A stretch of DNA of 62,956 nt, filler included, from Asterionella formosa (GCA_002256025.1; 16 parts of 16 records of this genome joined end to end with filler, not necessarily neighbours in it), one strand, 5' to 3'. Counted from the first letter of the whole stretch, positions 36,818 to 49,149 are shown. Notes: generated by a model not told the origin, from the sequence alone. Numbers and translations are program-made.

Positions 36818-37552
36818 TTACTCCCATTCAATATCTTCATTGTCAGTCATGATCTGACGATTTTCACAATGTCGTAAATTGATGCTACTACTACCAGCAA
36901 GATCATCTTGTCGAAGTTCATCTCCACCATATTTCTTCATTTGCTCTTCTGGGATTTCAGGGAAAGAAAAATATGTGTTTGGAAAGTGACTTGGAGGTGC
37001 TTTACTGACCAATCCGCTACGGTTCATTGCTTGTACAAATCGATTATCCTGTGCAAGATCACCACACAATTGTTGATAATATTCCAATAAGACATCAGTC
37101 CATTGATCAGTGAGACCTCCTGACAATGAACTTTGCTCTCTAGTACTTTTCTTTAAAAGTGGTTTTCCACCGATATCAACAACATCCTGCCAGAAACGAG
37201 GTAACTGGTCTTGAGGTAAATAAGAGGAAGGATTATAATTAATCCATCCAGGTTGTAATCAGAATTTCCCTTTTAATACAAGGAACAAAATACTTCTGTC
37301 GAAGCATTAATGACCAAACCAACAAACCTTGATTGTAATTCACATTTAGCTCGATCACTCAGAAGGAATTTAATTTTCCCAATTTTCTCTCCTATAGTAA
37401 GATAGGGATCGCCACGGGTGACCCTACCTATTAAATGAACTCGAGCAAGAACATCATCAGTCCATAGGTGATAGGAATTGCTTGCTCTATCAATGAAACT
37501 TGCTTGAGCAAACGCATACAACTTGCATGCCCAACCAATAAACTCCGATGGA
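36818..37552 (-). pseudogene. Unknown conserved protein (ORF-B), C-terminal part, one frameshift near 37280
   Basis: Homologous to ~49560-50314 (CELQSRFVG..INASTE.FC, DIGGKPL, GLTDQWTD, YFSFP, terminal EW). Confidence 0.75.
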
Positions 37553-37652
37553 NNNNNNNNNNNNNNNNNNNNNNNNNNNNNNNNNNNNNNNNNNNNTTAA
37601 TTAATTAANNNNNNNNNNNNNNNNNNNNNNNNNNNNNNNNNNNNNNNNNNNN

Positions 37653-38260
37653 CCTTGGCTCCATCAACACCAATTGAATTAAAAGAGAGATTAAGTGTAG
37701 TCAAGACAGTATTGACCTTGAGAGCCTCTGCAATGGCCTTGGCTCCGTCAACACCAATTGAATTACTTCCGAGAGAAAGTGTACTTCCGAGAGAAAGTGT
37801 AGTCAAGACAGTATTGTCCTTGAGAGCCTCTGCAATGGCCTTGGCTTTGTCATTACCAACTGAATAAAGTCCGAGATTAAGTGTAGTCAAACTTGGATCA
37901 TTCGCTTTCAACCGTTTGACATCTTCCCATCTAATCTCTGTTGGAAGTGTGCCTGTGAAAGTATTGTACCTCGATCTAATTGTCAAGAGTCCAAAGTAGC
38001 CAATTACCAAAAATAGCACCAAGGCAGTCCGCACTTGACGTTTACATTGAGCTCTTTCTTCTGCTTTAATGTCAACAATAGAGGCACTGGCAAGTTCTGG
38101 ATCAACCAGCACTAGCTCAGCATTGAATAGTGTTGCACGTTCTAGCTGGTCATGTTCACTCCTAATCTCGTTGGTGTCAAAATCAGAATCAACATTACCA
38201 TTCACAAAGGAATAATTCTGTGAAGATGTCCATAATCCCTGAAACGCACCAGACCAGGAA
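37653..38260 (-). CDS. Mosaic LRR gene (TM segment + RI/NLRC3-like LRRs), truncated
   Basis: Hydrophobic ALVLFLVIGYFGLL, then NTFTGTLPTEI, then KRLKANDPSLTTLNL and GAKAIAEALKVNTVLTTLNL repeats. Confidence 0.65.
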
Positions 38261-39415
38261 ATGAATCAACTCCGAGATTCAAACATTCTGTTTCCTTTTT
38301 CCAACGAAAAGCTCTTAGCATTGTCAATGTCCTCTTGAATGTAATGAAAGTTGTCTATTGTTTATTCGAGATACTTCTTTGGTTTATTCGAGCAACTTTC
38401 TTGTTCGTGTTAAAACTCCTTTTCTTGTCGTTGTGGTGATTGAAAAGTAATTCTTGTTGTGGTGTTTCTACCACTTGTCGTAGAATTCTACACAACTGAT
38501 TGAATTACGGGGAGTGATAGAAGGGCATACTTATATATAAACCTGTTCGCATATGTAAAAATAACATTCATTTGCGTGTGTGTCGTATGATGTCGCTCGT
38601 GTTTTTAATTCTTGACACTTGTCCATCAAAGTGCTAGTCTACACGAAATAAATTCTCTACCACCTGATGTCATTGAGTTCTACATGAAATCATGACCATG
38701 ATGATGCCGGGACTTTTGTCCATCATGAAATATGTTTGTACATATGCCCTTCGTGATAGTAAACCGGTATCAGTACAATAGGTACATATATTGGAAAAAT
38801 ACCGGTGGTACCACTCCACATGGTTCGTTATAATCGTCATGTAGAAGAAGGTTGAAGTTTAGCCCAATGTATGTTTGATACCAGTATTTAACATAGATTA
38901 TTGACCCCGAGGGTCATTTTAGCTTACCCGGTATTCAGCTAAGCAAAATTCCGGAAATGATTGAGAATTTTTCCCTTTCCACCTACTGACAAAATGTTGG
39001 TACAAAAGCCTCCAAGACAAAGTGAAAGTGAGAAAACTTGCTTACCGGTACCATGTTTCTGTCTCACGATCAACCAGCTGTCATGCATGCATGCAATATT
39101 CTTTTTTAATTGGAAGAGACGAGAGAAGTGACACAGTAGAGCGTGTGATAGACCTACCACAGCTATGACAGGTACAATTAATTTCACCCACTGCCTGGTT
39201 ACCTTGATAGTAATTCTGGTTTCTTTAACAACTGTAAATGAATGCTGACAAACAAAGTATATCTCCACTTCCAATTTTACCAGGTTGCTTAGACAAGTCG
39301 TGAGGTTGCTTGAGGCCCCTGCTTGTTTACTGAGTTGTTTAATATAAACAATTCTGGGACAGCTCTCCTTTAATTCAGCATCGATAGTACGAAGAATCTT
39401 CATTATTTGTGGTAT

Positions 39416-41187
39416 TTAAGCTTTCAAATAAGAGAACATGGCCTGGCCTTGTTGATTTAGTTGTGTCACTTCAGTTTTTAAATCTTGCACTCCAAGATTT
39501 ATTTGTTTCACTTCAGTTGGCAAACCTTGCAAACCCTGAACTCCATGATTTATTTGTTTCACTTCAGTTGGCAGACCTTGCACTCCACGATTTATTTGTT
39601 TCACTTCAGTTGCAATCACTTGCATTGAGGTTAAATTTTTTTTATTAATATCACCTTCTTCACCTTTACTAAAATTATCAATTCAACAGTGATAGCCTTT
39701 TCCTGGATCTCTCTCAAGCTTACTAATAATATTCCCCCACCAATGATAGCGCTCGTTTGGATCCCTCTTCAGCAATCCTTTAAGCAGAGTTTTCAAAAAA
39801 GTCCAGTCTTTGATTTTTGGCAAAAATGTTTCGACCTTTTCTTCACAAACTTGGTCAATCCAATCTTTTATTTTCTTAAGCTCGTCCAGCAATACTTCTT
39901 CACGCGAATCCACTTCAAAAAGTTGACGACCAGTGCAGAGATTATATAGAAGGGCTCCAAAGCACCACATGTCATATTAGGGACTGGCTTTAACGACTAC
40001 AGCACCCCTGCTCCTTCTTTTGCATCTGGTACTCAACAGCAGCCTGTTCGGGAAGCATGGGACTGGTTTTAACTCCCTTTGCAGCAACCTGCTCTATTCG
40101 AATATGGTACTCAACAGTAGCCTGTTCGGGAGGCATGTATCCAGAGCTTGTTCGCTTCTGGCCAGCATTTTCTTTGTCAATTAATGCCGCATTATCAAGA
40201 TCAATTGCAGCATATCCAAAACCCTCGCTACCAGACACAAAATTTCGAGCCTTAACATCTCCGTGCATAACCTTACACTCTTCATTTAGAAACTGAAGGC
40301 ACTTAGCAATTTGGATTGCAATGAAACGCACCATGAAAATGTCATTGCCTGCAATGTTTTGATGCGATATAATATCAAAGAGGTCATTCCTGTTCCCACA
40401 ACAATCCATTACTAGGAGATGGATGAATTCAGGGTTATTTTTTTTCATTTGACTGTCTGGTTCAGTTGAATCTCAATACCCAGAGGACCATATTCATCCA
40501 ACCCTTCCATGCAGTCCGTATATGCAGCCCTCACGGCAATTAAAAAAAATTCTGCACCATGAATGCTCATGATTTTGTTCCGCTTTGCCAATTCGCGCAG
40601 GAATGCGGGCCTTTCTGTAAAGAGCTTGAATGCCAAACTGGTCCATTGCGTGGCCCCAGATACAACGATCAATTCAGAGCCAAACATAACCATACAGGTA
40701 CCTGAGAAATGCTTCTCCTCCTCAAATTGATATTTTCCAAGAAACCTTCCGTATTTCTCACCCCACTCTTTGAGCTTGGGAAGCTTGGACGACTTAGCCC
40801 TGTTGGCAACCTTTTGCCATGTCTCTTTTTTAACTTGAGCAATGGACAGAAATGACGCTACTTTTGTTTTGCTATGATTATTAATGGAGATTTCCAGATG
40901 ATCCTGTTCTTCGGACCCTCTCAGTTGTTCCTTTATCTGGAAGAATATATTGGCCGCATCTTTTGTTCCAAGATCCACCAAGATTTCCAAAACGGTCCAA
41001 TTAGGTATTGGTTCTTGATTCAAATTGAGGCGTGGGAGAGTCCTTGTGAATCGATAGAGTTCATTGGTGGCGAGCACCCAAAAGAGAAAGCCCAGCCGCT
41101 CTGGAACCAAGAAGAAAAGGCTCCGCCTCTCTGGAACTTTCTCAGCTAGGGGTGCGTCTAGCATGCACAATTGCTTGAGGTCGCCAA
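39416..41187 (-). pseudogene. Ser/Thr protein kinase with frameshifts and C-terminal coiled-coil repeats
   Basis: LAFKLF, VMHGDVKARNFV, IDLDNA, SSGYMPPE, DMWCFGALLYNL and RDPNER. Frame breaks near 40445 (homopolymer) and 39990. Confidence 0.8.
39456..39615. repeat. Coding tandem repeat (~42-51 bp; TEVKQINxGVQ x4)
   Basis: TTTATTTGTTTCACTTCAGTTG recurs at ~39498, 39549 and 39591, with a degenerate copy at ~39456. Confidence 0.85.
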
Positions 41188-42039
41188 NNNNNNNNNNNNN
41201 NNNNNNNNNNNNNNNNNNNNNNNNNNNNNNNTTAATTAATTAANNNNNNNNNNNNNNNNNNNNNNNNNNNNNNNNNNNNNNNNNNNNTATCAAAGATGCG
41301 GACAAGTTCAATAGTTAATTCAAGTACAGTATACCAAATGCAGAGACGAGCGAGCGATATGAAAATGAAATGCGTTCTAATCAGAATCATTCTATAACTA
41401 TAGCTATGTGGACAGTAGTCTGTTACGCACATTTTCGTATCTCTTTCTATGCTGAATCTCAATAGTAGATGTAGTATCATGTGAGAATTGAAAATGTCAA
41501 CGAGAACAAGTACCGGTAGAATGTGTTTGTTTACGGGGGGGCGAGAGATTGTTATGCTGAAGTGGACGAAACGGATATACTTTGTGCGCTGTGTGCGGAA
41601 ACATTACGAGTTCGAATGGTTTCTTCTCTCCTGTAAACTCTGAATTGAATGATTATGAACAAAGGTTCACTGCACATGACGATTACTCGAAGATATAAAG
41701 ATCACTTGACCAACAAATTGAAGACGTTATCGCAAACATTCATTCCGCTTGTCATCGCTAGTATTTCGTTGTAGTTGCAAAAATCGGAGTGATGAGGGGC
41801 GGATGGAAATGACGAGCCAAATTACATTACTTGAACTGGTACATTATCCTACCAAGAAATTCGAATACAGGAATCAAATAGAAACAATGAATATAATAAT
41901 TAAATATTTGTAGTCAAAAGGGTTACTATTTAAATTACAAAGGCATTTATCACAATTATTAGATGATATAACGAAAAATTATGATCAGATGATCATAATC
42001 CTATGATGCATCATGGAAATATGATGGTTTTTATTTGCA

Positions 42040-42325
42040 GACGATGTCACGGGCGCGGCCAACCCAGAATACAACCAAATGCGCATTGAGTTTGGGACCT
42101 ACGTCCAAGTTTTTGAAGATAACGACCCATCCAACACCCTTCAAGCGCGTTCCCTCCGGGCAATTGCCCTCACCCCCACTGGCAATGCCCAAGGTGACTA
42201 CTACTTCATGTCTCTCGCAACCGGCAAAAAGATTTCCCGACATAATTGGACGGAGTTGCCCATGAAGGACACCGCCATTGCCCGCGTGGAGGCGCTCGCG
42301 GCACACGAGGGGCAGCCCCCCATCC
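42040..42325 (+). pseudogene. Isolated Copia pol fragment (post-integrase region)
   Basis: IEFGTYVQVFEDNDPSNT..ARS..AIALTPTGNAQGDYYFMSLATG..ISR..WTELPM; GC-rich island in AT-rich flanks. Confidence 0.8.
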
Positions 42326-43658
42326 ACATCTACAACGCCGATTATTGGTACAGCCGCCACACAAAAAACGCTAGTCAAATATGATCACCCAAATTAAAAT
42401 TTTGGGTGGCCCACTATGACAAATTGGGTCTATATACATAATTTAAGGGAATGGTATAAAATATAAAATGTGATGCATCATAGAATATATATGATAGGAG
42501 TGAACTAAGATATTTTCGACAACTTCCTAAATTTTTTATAAACCCACATAAATTTTGGGACTAACTAACAATATTTTTGTATGGCCGATCATATAATTTC
42601 TGTATCAACAACCGCAATTATTGTTTGCAGCAATCAACTATAATTTCTATGAAGGGCAAAGTAAAATGGGAATGCTATTGCGATATTAATGTTGTTGTCA
42701 TATCATTCAAACTATATTTACATTATTTGACTATAGCTATTGCAACCAATATAGTTTTAAAAATCGCTGAGCAGCATGCCGAGCTGCTCTGCTTGTTGCG
42801 TTGGCAACCTTGAATCAATTTTCTAGAAACAATCATCATAACACAACCTGTCTTGAAGCAAAGAATTAGCTCCTGTTTCACTACCATCTGGTCCGCGGTC
42901 ATGGATGATTGTTGGATGAGAAGCATTGGTTCCTGCAAGTAGTATAGAGATAAATATGTTGAGTTGCGAAATAGATTACAATCGCAAAGCGCACAGACCA
43001 ATCATCTTGGTTCTTACCTTATTTCATATTGGAGATGTCAAAAAGCATTTTAGTTTCTGATGAACAAGCTAGACAACTTGTGTGAGCGTTTGCAATGAAC
43101 GAAAGGCAAGGAATAAATGAAATAACAATCAACATCATACCAAGATAAGCGCCAGCAAAACAACCTTGACAACGACCTCAATTCGTCGTTGAATCTTGAA
43201 TTTTCTTTCATGAGAAGCTGTTATTAAGAAAGGAGTAAGAGGTGTGAGAAGTAGAAGATCAGAAAGAGCCACAATCACATCAAACTGACCATGCAGAAGC
43301 AACCTTCATCATGGCGGTTTCCTTGATTTTGGCATGATTTTATAATTTATGCGGCGCAAGGATGATGATGATGATTCTAGGGTACTGGTACCATGTACCA
43401 GTTACCAGGTACAAACAAGTCTATAATTAATTAATTAAATATGGGTGCGGTCAATTGTGCTCATTTCCTAATAAAATGTACGAGACTCCTTTAATAAAAC
43501 GAACACACAAACGAAACTGGCGCAGTTTGCAGTCTTGTATTACGAGTGTACCATGAGGACCTCCAATTTTACCACCATTCAACAACCAGGAGGTACCTGG
43601 TACCAGGCACATACCAGGATTAAAAAGGTACATGAGGAAGAAAGTAAGGCTGCTGGTA

Positions 43659-43755
43659 CCAGCAAGTTGCGGTAATTTTGCTGAAACTAAAGCTTTAGCT
43701 CTCTTTATCCCAGATTAAAATGTTAGTTTAAGCAAAATGACCGCAACTTGCCAGG
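43659..43755. mobile_element. ~97-bp MITE with TA target duplication, copy 1
   Basis: TA-CCAGCAAGTTGCGGTAATTTTGCT ... AGCAAAATGACCGCAACTTGCCAGG-TA. Homologues at 58212-58309 and, partially, ~19452-19500. Confidence 0.85.
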
Positions 43756-44322
43756 TATCAGGTAGGACTACCTGTCACCTGGTACCAGGTAATGGAGGGT
43801 AGCCCTCGCGATCGCTACAAGGTAAATTATTATTTAGCTGAGATACCGGTACTGCGATTCTTTTGACTATACAAAATCCTAGAGTGTAGTTGTTGTGATC
43901 ATCTGGAGCATCCTGCATCATGTCGTCTCAACCTTGACCATGACGAAAATAGCGGAAATCTCTACGAAAATTGAGAACGACGCTTTCCTGTTAGGAGCAA
44001 ATATCAATCACAAGAAAGGCAATACAACCGTAAGAGAATAGTTGCAATGGCATTGATATTGACAGCGAAAACTGCAATCGCCGATGGCACAATTTTTCTA
44101 CATAATCAGTAGCTGCTCAAATCAAAACGACGCTGTTGCGAACAGATTAGACATTTTTGCAGTTGCTGAGCAATGAACGACTTTAACAATAACATGATTA
44201 GTTGAAGCAAAAAATTGTTAAAATAGTTATTCATCACATGAGAATGATTGATTGTACCAACGGCATTTGTGGATGCGGATATCGGCGCCAACAACTGCTT
44301 GTGCTGCTGTTTGTTCTTTGGC

Positions 44323-44820
44323 AATTCCCGCTCCAGCTATCGTCTTGCCATTCGGGTACTTCTAAGTAATTTTTAGGCTCTAAGTAATTTCTTAAGTAAT
44401 ATTTATTTAAGGGCAATATGGGGCACATCGAATTTTTCGGCAATAAAATTGCCGATTTTAGCATGACAACCAGAATATCGGTAATATGCATAGAGATGGT
44501 ACAACAAGCGTAAAACACACGAGAATGATTGTAACATGCAACATCAATGAAAATTGAACATGATGTTTGGAGCAACCAAAGTATGAAATGCGATGTAATA
44601 AGTAGCATCAAATGAGAAATAGAAAAAAAAATTTGGGTTAGAAATGAAATAAAAAATAAGAGTTCCAATGGAGACGTACTAGCTATGCATTGCGAATCAT
44701 TGTAGTACTTACACACCAGGCAACATTGACTTTCCATCGCCATACAATCGAAGACCGAAAGAAGAAGAAAAAGAGCTCAACCCAATGTATACCTGAATGG
44801 TCTGGTTGCTGCAACCATGC
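44323..44820. repeat. ~500-bp interspersed repeat, copy 2
   Basis: Near-identical to 2611-3121. Confidence 0.9.
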
Positions 44821-45453
44821 NNNNNNNNNNNNNNNNNNNNNNNNNNNNNNNNNNNNNNNNNNNNTTAATTAATTAANNNNNNNNNNNNNNNNNNNNNNNN
44901 NNNNNNNNNNNNNNNNNNNNACAATGTATGTTCATGTCATATGTCAATATGACTATAATGTTGCAAGATACTACATAGAAAAAATATTTATTGTAGCTAG
45001 TAACATGTATGATGCTGGTGCTATCTGGCAGTTCCAAATTTCAAATCTCAACAACTGTGAAACTGTAAAGTAGAATAGGTGGTTTTGATTACTTTGGCCA
45101 GAGAAGCAACATCGTTTATTCTTTGGAAAGAACAGGAAAATTGCAGGAGTTTGCTAACTTTTCCTGACAATCATAATCATTTGCTGTTGAATAACATGGG
45201 ACACATTATCTGTTCTATCAGTTTTGCCATTTGCAAGAATGTAATTATTTATTTCACTGAGTCATGCTAACTTTAATGGAAGATGTTCTCTACATATACC
45301 ATACAAGTGTGTGTCTGTAACCACATAGTCTGCTTCAGGAAATTGACTGCAACTTGCTGGTCTGTTTCACAAATGGCAATTATTTAGGTTTTGGTTTAAA
45401 ACTTCGTTATGGCAATTATCCCTATGAAAATTGGCCATTTGTTTTGATGAAAT

Positions 45454-48270
45454 CTATTTGGTTTGGGACGAATGCAAGATATCCTCCATCTCTTTGGTAT
45501 GAATGACAAGGAAAGGTGAAATCATCTGTAAAAGCTGGAGAAATGTAGGATTCTTCACCAGTGAGGTGTCCATCCCTGGTACAGAGTTGGCAAAATTCAT
45601 GAATGCTTGACAGAGCAGATCTGGATTGATGCTGGTAGGAAACAAATGAGATAAGCCACTGATCAGATTATTAGTTGCATTGGTTTCTTGTTTGAAAATA
45701 TTAAAAACAATTTCAGTAAAGACAACTAATAATCTAGGGTTGCTCCCCAGTGCCACACTGATCACTTTTACGAAGTCAGGATGTTCCAGCCTTGCTAGAG
45801 ACAATTCAGAGTGTGATGCAATACACTTTTCCATTTTATCCACCACATTTGTAAGGTCAAGTGCATTTCCTTTGCAGTTGTTTGAATGTGATTGCATAAA
45901 CTCCAAAGTAGGTCTTTGTACTGATATGGAATTGGCAGCTCGAAATGCCAATGGTATCATTCTGCATCCCAAACATTCAAAGCAACTGCTCGAAATGGCA
46001 ATAAAGTTGTGATTTGTAAGAGTGATGTCATTTGCTGGCAAACTGACTGGTTTTGGACCCATCGCTTCAACGTGCTCAGCTTTCACTCGAGCTAGCTCAG
46101 CCATGTTGATATCAGTTTTCACTGCTTGTAGCCGTTGAAAGACAAGGTTGAAATAACGCCTTTGCGAACCAAATTTGAGATTTGCGCACTGGTGCGAGTG
46201 GACCTTTTTAGTCGTTGCCAGCGCTCTTTTTATCTCGTTCGGCAAAGATAGGCATCGCTGCATGTGCTGAAACAAAGAAGTATTTAAGCTGCTGGCCATG
46301 TTGTCAGGGGCACTTGGGAATGACCTACCTCCAGTGGAAGCTTGGTCTTGATCGTTGCAGTGGCGACAGCACATTCCCGCCAGGCCTACATTCAAAACAG
46401 TAGTTCGCTTACCTCGAGAAAAGTCCATCGGCGTTGGATAGGCAATTTTCAATTGCTTCATCATTAAAAAGACATATTCTGTCACAAGGTGCTCATCCCT
46501 CGAAAGGATGAGACCATCACTAATTGAGGGATCTTGCTCCTTTGCAGCACAGATCACTGCCTTTGCTTCGTCGTCGTCACAAAATGGAAAGAATGTGTTC
46601 CTTTCTTCGTCTTCGATAAGCGTTGAAGCGATCATATCTGGAGCAGCTACATCCGAAAGAATGACATCTGGAGCGACATGAATGTTCTCAAAAGCAGAGG
46701 GTATAGGTGTAGCTGCTTGAGGGAGTTGCTTTATCCGCTCCATCATGGCGTCAGTGGATAAATCATTAGCGCGTAGCCGAGTCCAAAGAGCATAAAAAAG
46801 TTTTCTCTGTGAACCGAAGGGAAGTCTTGCCATTTGTCTGGTGTGCAACCGCTTGTATGCAGCAAGGGCTTTTCGGATCTCCATTGGAGTTCTGAAACAC
46901 TTTTGCAGGTGAAGGTAAAAGGAGTTTGAAATGGCACTTGACAAATTGTCTGGATGCGAACTGAACGACCGACATGAAAAATCAACTGGTACAGCGGTGA
47001 TCTCAGGATTGTTGACCGAATTGCAATATCTGCAGCAAAATCCGGCGAACCCAATTCTCATCAATTTGGTTTTCTTTCCCCTGGTCTCAAAGTCAGCAGG
47101 CACTGCGTTACAAATTGCCATGGATCTCACACAGATAAAAATGCAATCGGAAACCAATTTAGAATCGTCGGATCTTCCCAATATTCGGGGATCGTTCTTT
47201 TCTGCTACGAGTCTGGCGAGAACTCTTTCAGATTCTTCGTCAGCTTTGATTCGAGGTTGGATAGATTCCGCTAGTAGTACTGGTGTCGGCACTACTACTC
47301 CTGGTCCCTTTCTCGTGAAACGATCAATGTCGTTCTCGACTTGAACTTTGACAGATTCCAGAGAGAGGGGCTCTAATTTGAGATCACGACCGAAACGAAT
47401 GCCTCCGTCGACATCTATCATACCGATTCGCCTAGCCGATATGGCATAGTAAAGATTGGCGTTAATTGAGCTCGTATCCGAAGTTCTTTGACGTCGCAAA
47501 ACAGGATCATTCGCCAAACGATAGAGTTGTCCTTTGATATCCTGGGGAATATTCGGACAATTCTCAAAGTGCAACTGTGGCTTCTGTGAGCACACTGGAT
47601 ACACGCCCGCGATATTGACCGGATAGCTCACTGAACCAGGTGGCCAGGTTCGGTTCTTAACTGGAGTTTCTAGAGCAACTTTGGCGCAATGTTTGCAACG
47701 AATACCGACCTTGCCTCTAACAGTCCGAGTCCTTCTACCGGCCTGAGTCGTCATAACATCGTCATCATTAGCACTGAACATTTCAAGCTGCTCCCTGATG
47801 AGGAGATGTAGCTCATTCAAGTGTTGTGCATCTTCGGGGAGAGAAAACGAGACATTTCCTTCAAAATATCCTTCATCGGAAGGAAGCACAGAATTTCGAG
47901 CAAGGTTTGAAGAGGGGTCTTCTGGAGTTAGCATTGGCGATTCACTTTTGTTCAGTCCAAGATATTCGTCGACGTTGATTCTGGTCTGCTTGGGTGGTGG
48001 GTCCACATTCTCCTCTCCTTCATTTTCTGGACTTATGATGGCAAGAAAAGAAGGACAAACTCCAGACTGTAAGATTCTGTGCAATCGACGCTTTTGCCTG
48101 CGACGTGCCTCCTTAACAGGGTCTACTCCCACAGCATTGGCTCCGTCTAATTCTCTTTTAGCACCCAATCCCTCGCAACGATCAACTTCAATGACTTCGT
48201 CTGGATCATCGATCTCAACAATCTCCTTCAGACCAGCGTCATCATCAAAAAGATCAATTGCTTCTTCCAT
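45454..48270 (-). CDS. Uncharacterised 938-aa protein with three GxxCxxC...HxxxC domains
   Basis: Intact long ORF with repeats KVGIRCKHC..YP..HFENC, FAGFCCRYC..RSF..HLQKC and LAGMCCRHC..RSFP..HMQRC. Confidence 0.85.
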   Translation of the reverse strand: MEEAIDLFDDDAGLKEIVEIDDPDEVIEVDRCEGLGAKRELDGANAVGVDPVKEARRRQKRRLHRILQSGVCPSFLAIISPENEGEENVDPPPKQTRINVDEYLGLNKSESPMLTPEDPSSNLARNSVLPSDEGYFEGNVSFSLPEDAQHLNELHLLIREQLEMFSANDDDVMTTQAGRRTRTVRGKVGIRCKHCAKVALETPVKNRTWPPGSVSYPVNIAGVYPVCSQKPQLHFENCPNIPQDIKGQLYRLANDPVLRRQRTSDTSSINANLYYAISARRIGMIDVDGGIRFGRDLKLEPLSLESVKVQVENDIDRFTRKGPGVVVPTPVLLAESIQPRIKADEESERVLARLVAEKNDPRILGRSDDSKLVSDCIFICVRSMAICNAVPADFETRGKKTKLMRIGFAGFCCRYCNSVNNPEITAVPVDFSCRSFSSHPDNLSSAISNSFYLHLQKCFRTPMEIRKALAAYKRLHTRQMARLPFGSQRKLFYALWTRLRANDLSTDAMMERIKQLPQAATPIPSAFENIHVAPDVILSDVAAPDMIASTLIEDEERNTFFPFCDDDEAKAVICAAKEQDPSISDGLILSRDEHLVTEYVFLMMKQLKIAYPTPMDFSRGKRTTVLNVGLAGMCCRHCNDQDQASTGGRSFPSAPDNMASSLNTSLFQHMQRCLSLPNEIKRALATTKKVHSHQCANLKFGSQRRYFNLVFQRLQAVKTDINMAELARVKAEHVEAMGPKPVSLPANDITLTNHNFIAISSSCFECLGCRMIPLAFRAANSISVQRPTLEFMQSHSNNCKGNALDLTNVVDKMEKCIASHSELSLARLEHPDFVKVISVALGSNPRLLVVFTEIVFNIFKQETNATNNLISGLSHLFPTSINPDLLCQAFMNFANSVPGMDTSLVKNPTFLQLLQMISPFLVIHTKEMEDILHSSQTK

Positions 48271-49149
48271 GGCTATTGCCGCTCCTTCCGTGACTTGTCG
48301 TGCATAGCTATCATAAAATTTATGTACGCACGCACACTATTTTGTTTGTTTGCTGCAATGTCCCTCGGAGGTAATATACCGGCTACTTGCTACCTGTGGT
48401 CTACTTACTATAGTCTACCAGGAAGGTCTGGTAGCGCACGTTTTATGCGCACCTNNNNNNNNNNNNNNNNNNNNNNNNNNNNNNNNNNNNNNNNNNNNTT
48501 AATTAATTAANNNNNNNNNNNNNNNNNNNNNNNNNNNNNNNNNNNNNNNNNNNNATTATCCAAAGCAACCCAATCGGCGATTGGGAGACGATGGGGACAC
48601 CATCAGCTACTAGTACAAAGAATCCCGTAATTGATACTGACAGCAATGATGACGTTTCTACTTCAGTTGTTGATACAAGAAAAATGGCTCCTGTCGATGA
48701 TGCCATTAATAACTCCCGGATGCAGATGGACGACATGGTACCATATCATAAATTTCTAATCGCACGGACCAACAAGTACATAACAACCTGAGGGAAAAAC
48801 ATTTTGTACTTTCCAAAGGATATTATCAATTGGTAAATGAACTCAATCACTACAAAGGTCGTAATTCGGTTCAAAACTCGTCCATACAAGGTTATCAAGA
48901 CTCTTCAATTTCAGCAGCCTTATCAGAACGTCGTTCCCGCTTAGCTAAAATTGAAACAAACCATCAATTGTCAAAAAGGTTTTGAGTTTTGTTTGCTTTC
49001 AAGACCAAGATGTTTTCCTGTGAACATGTAAGTTTGATGTTATAGTTTGTGAATTGCAGGTACTGTAAAACAGAATATCAATCAAATGTGCTTTTTTCTG
49101 TTCCCAAAAGAGAATCAAACATCCCGCCCTATCTGGTCCAAGTAGTATG

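Noticed and set aside
29123..37552. Odd contig length as evidence of an insertion
   Set aside because: Name-based sorting of contigs would explain one long contig among size-ordered ones; no TSD-defined 4.9-kb insert was seen.
42950..43335. Small spliced gene on the minus strand
   Set aside because: Intron-like signals are present but the frame has tandem stops and no recognisable product.
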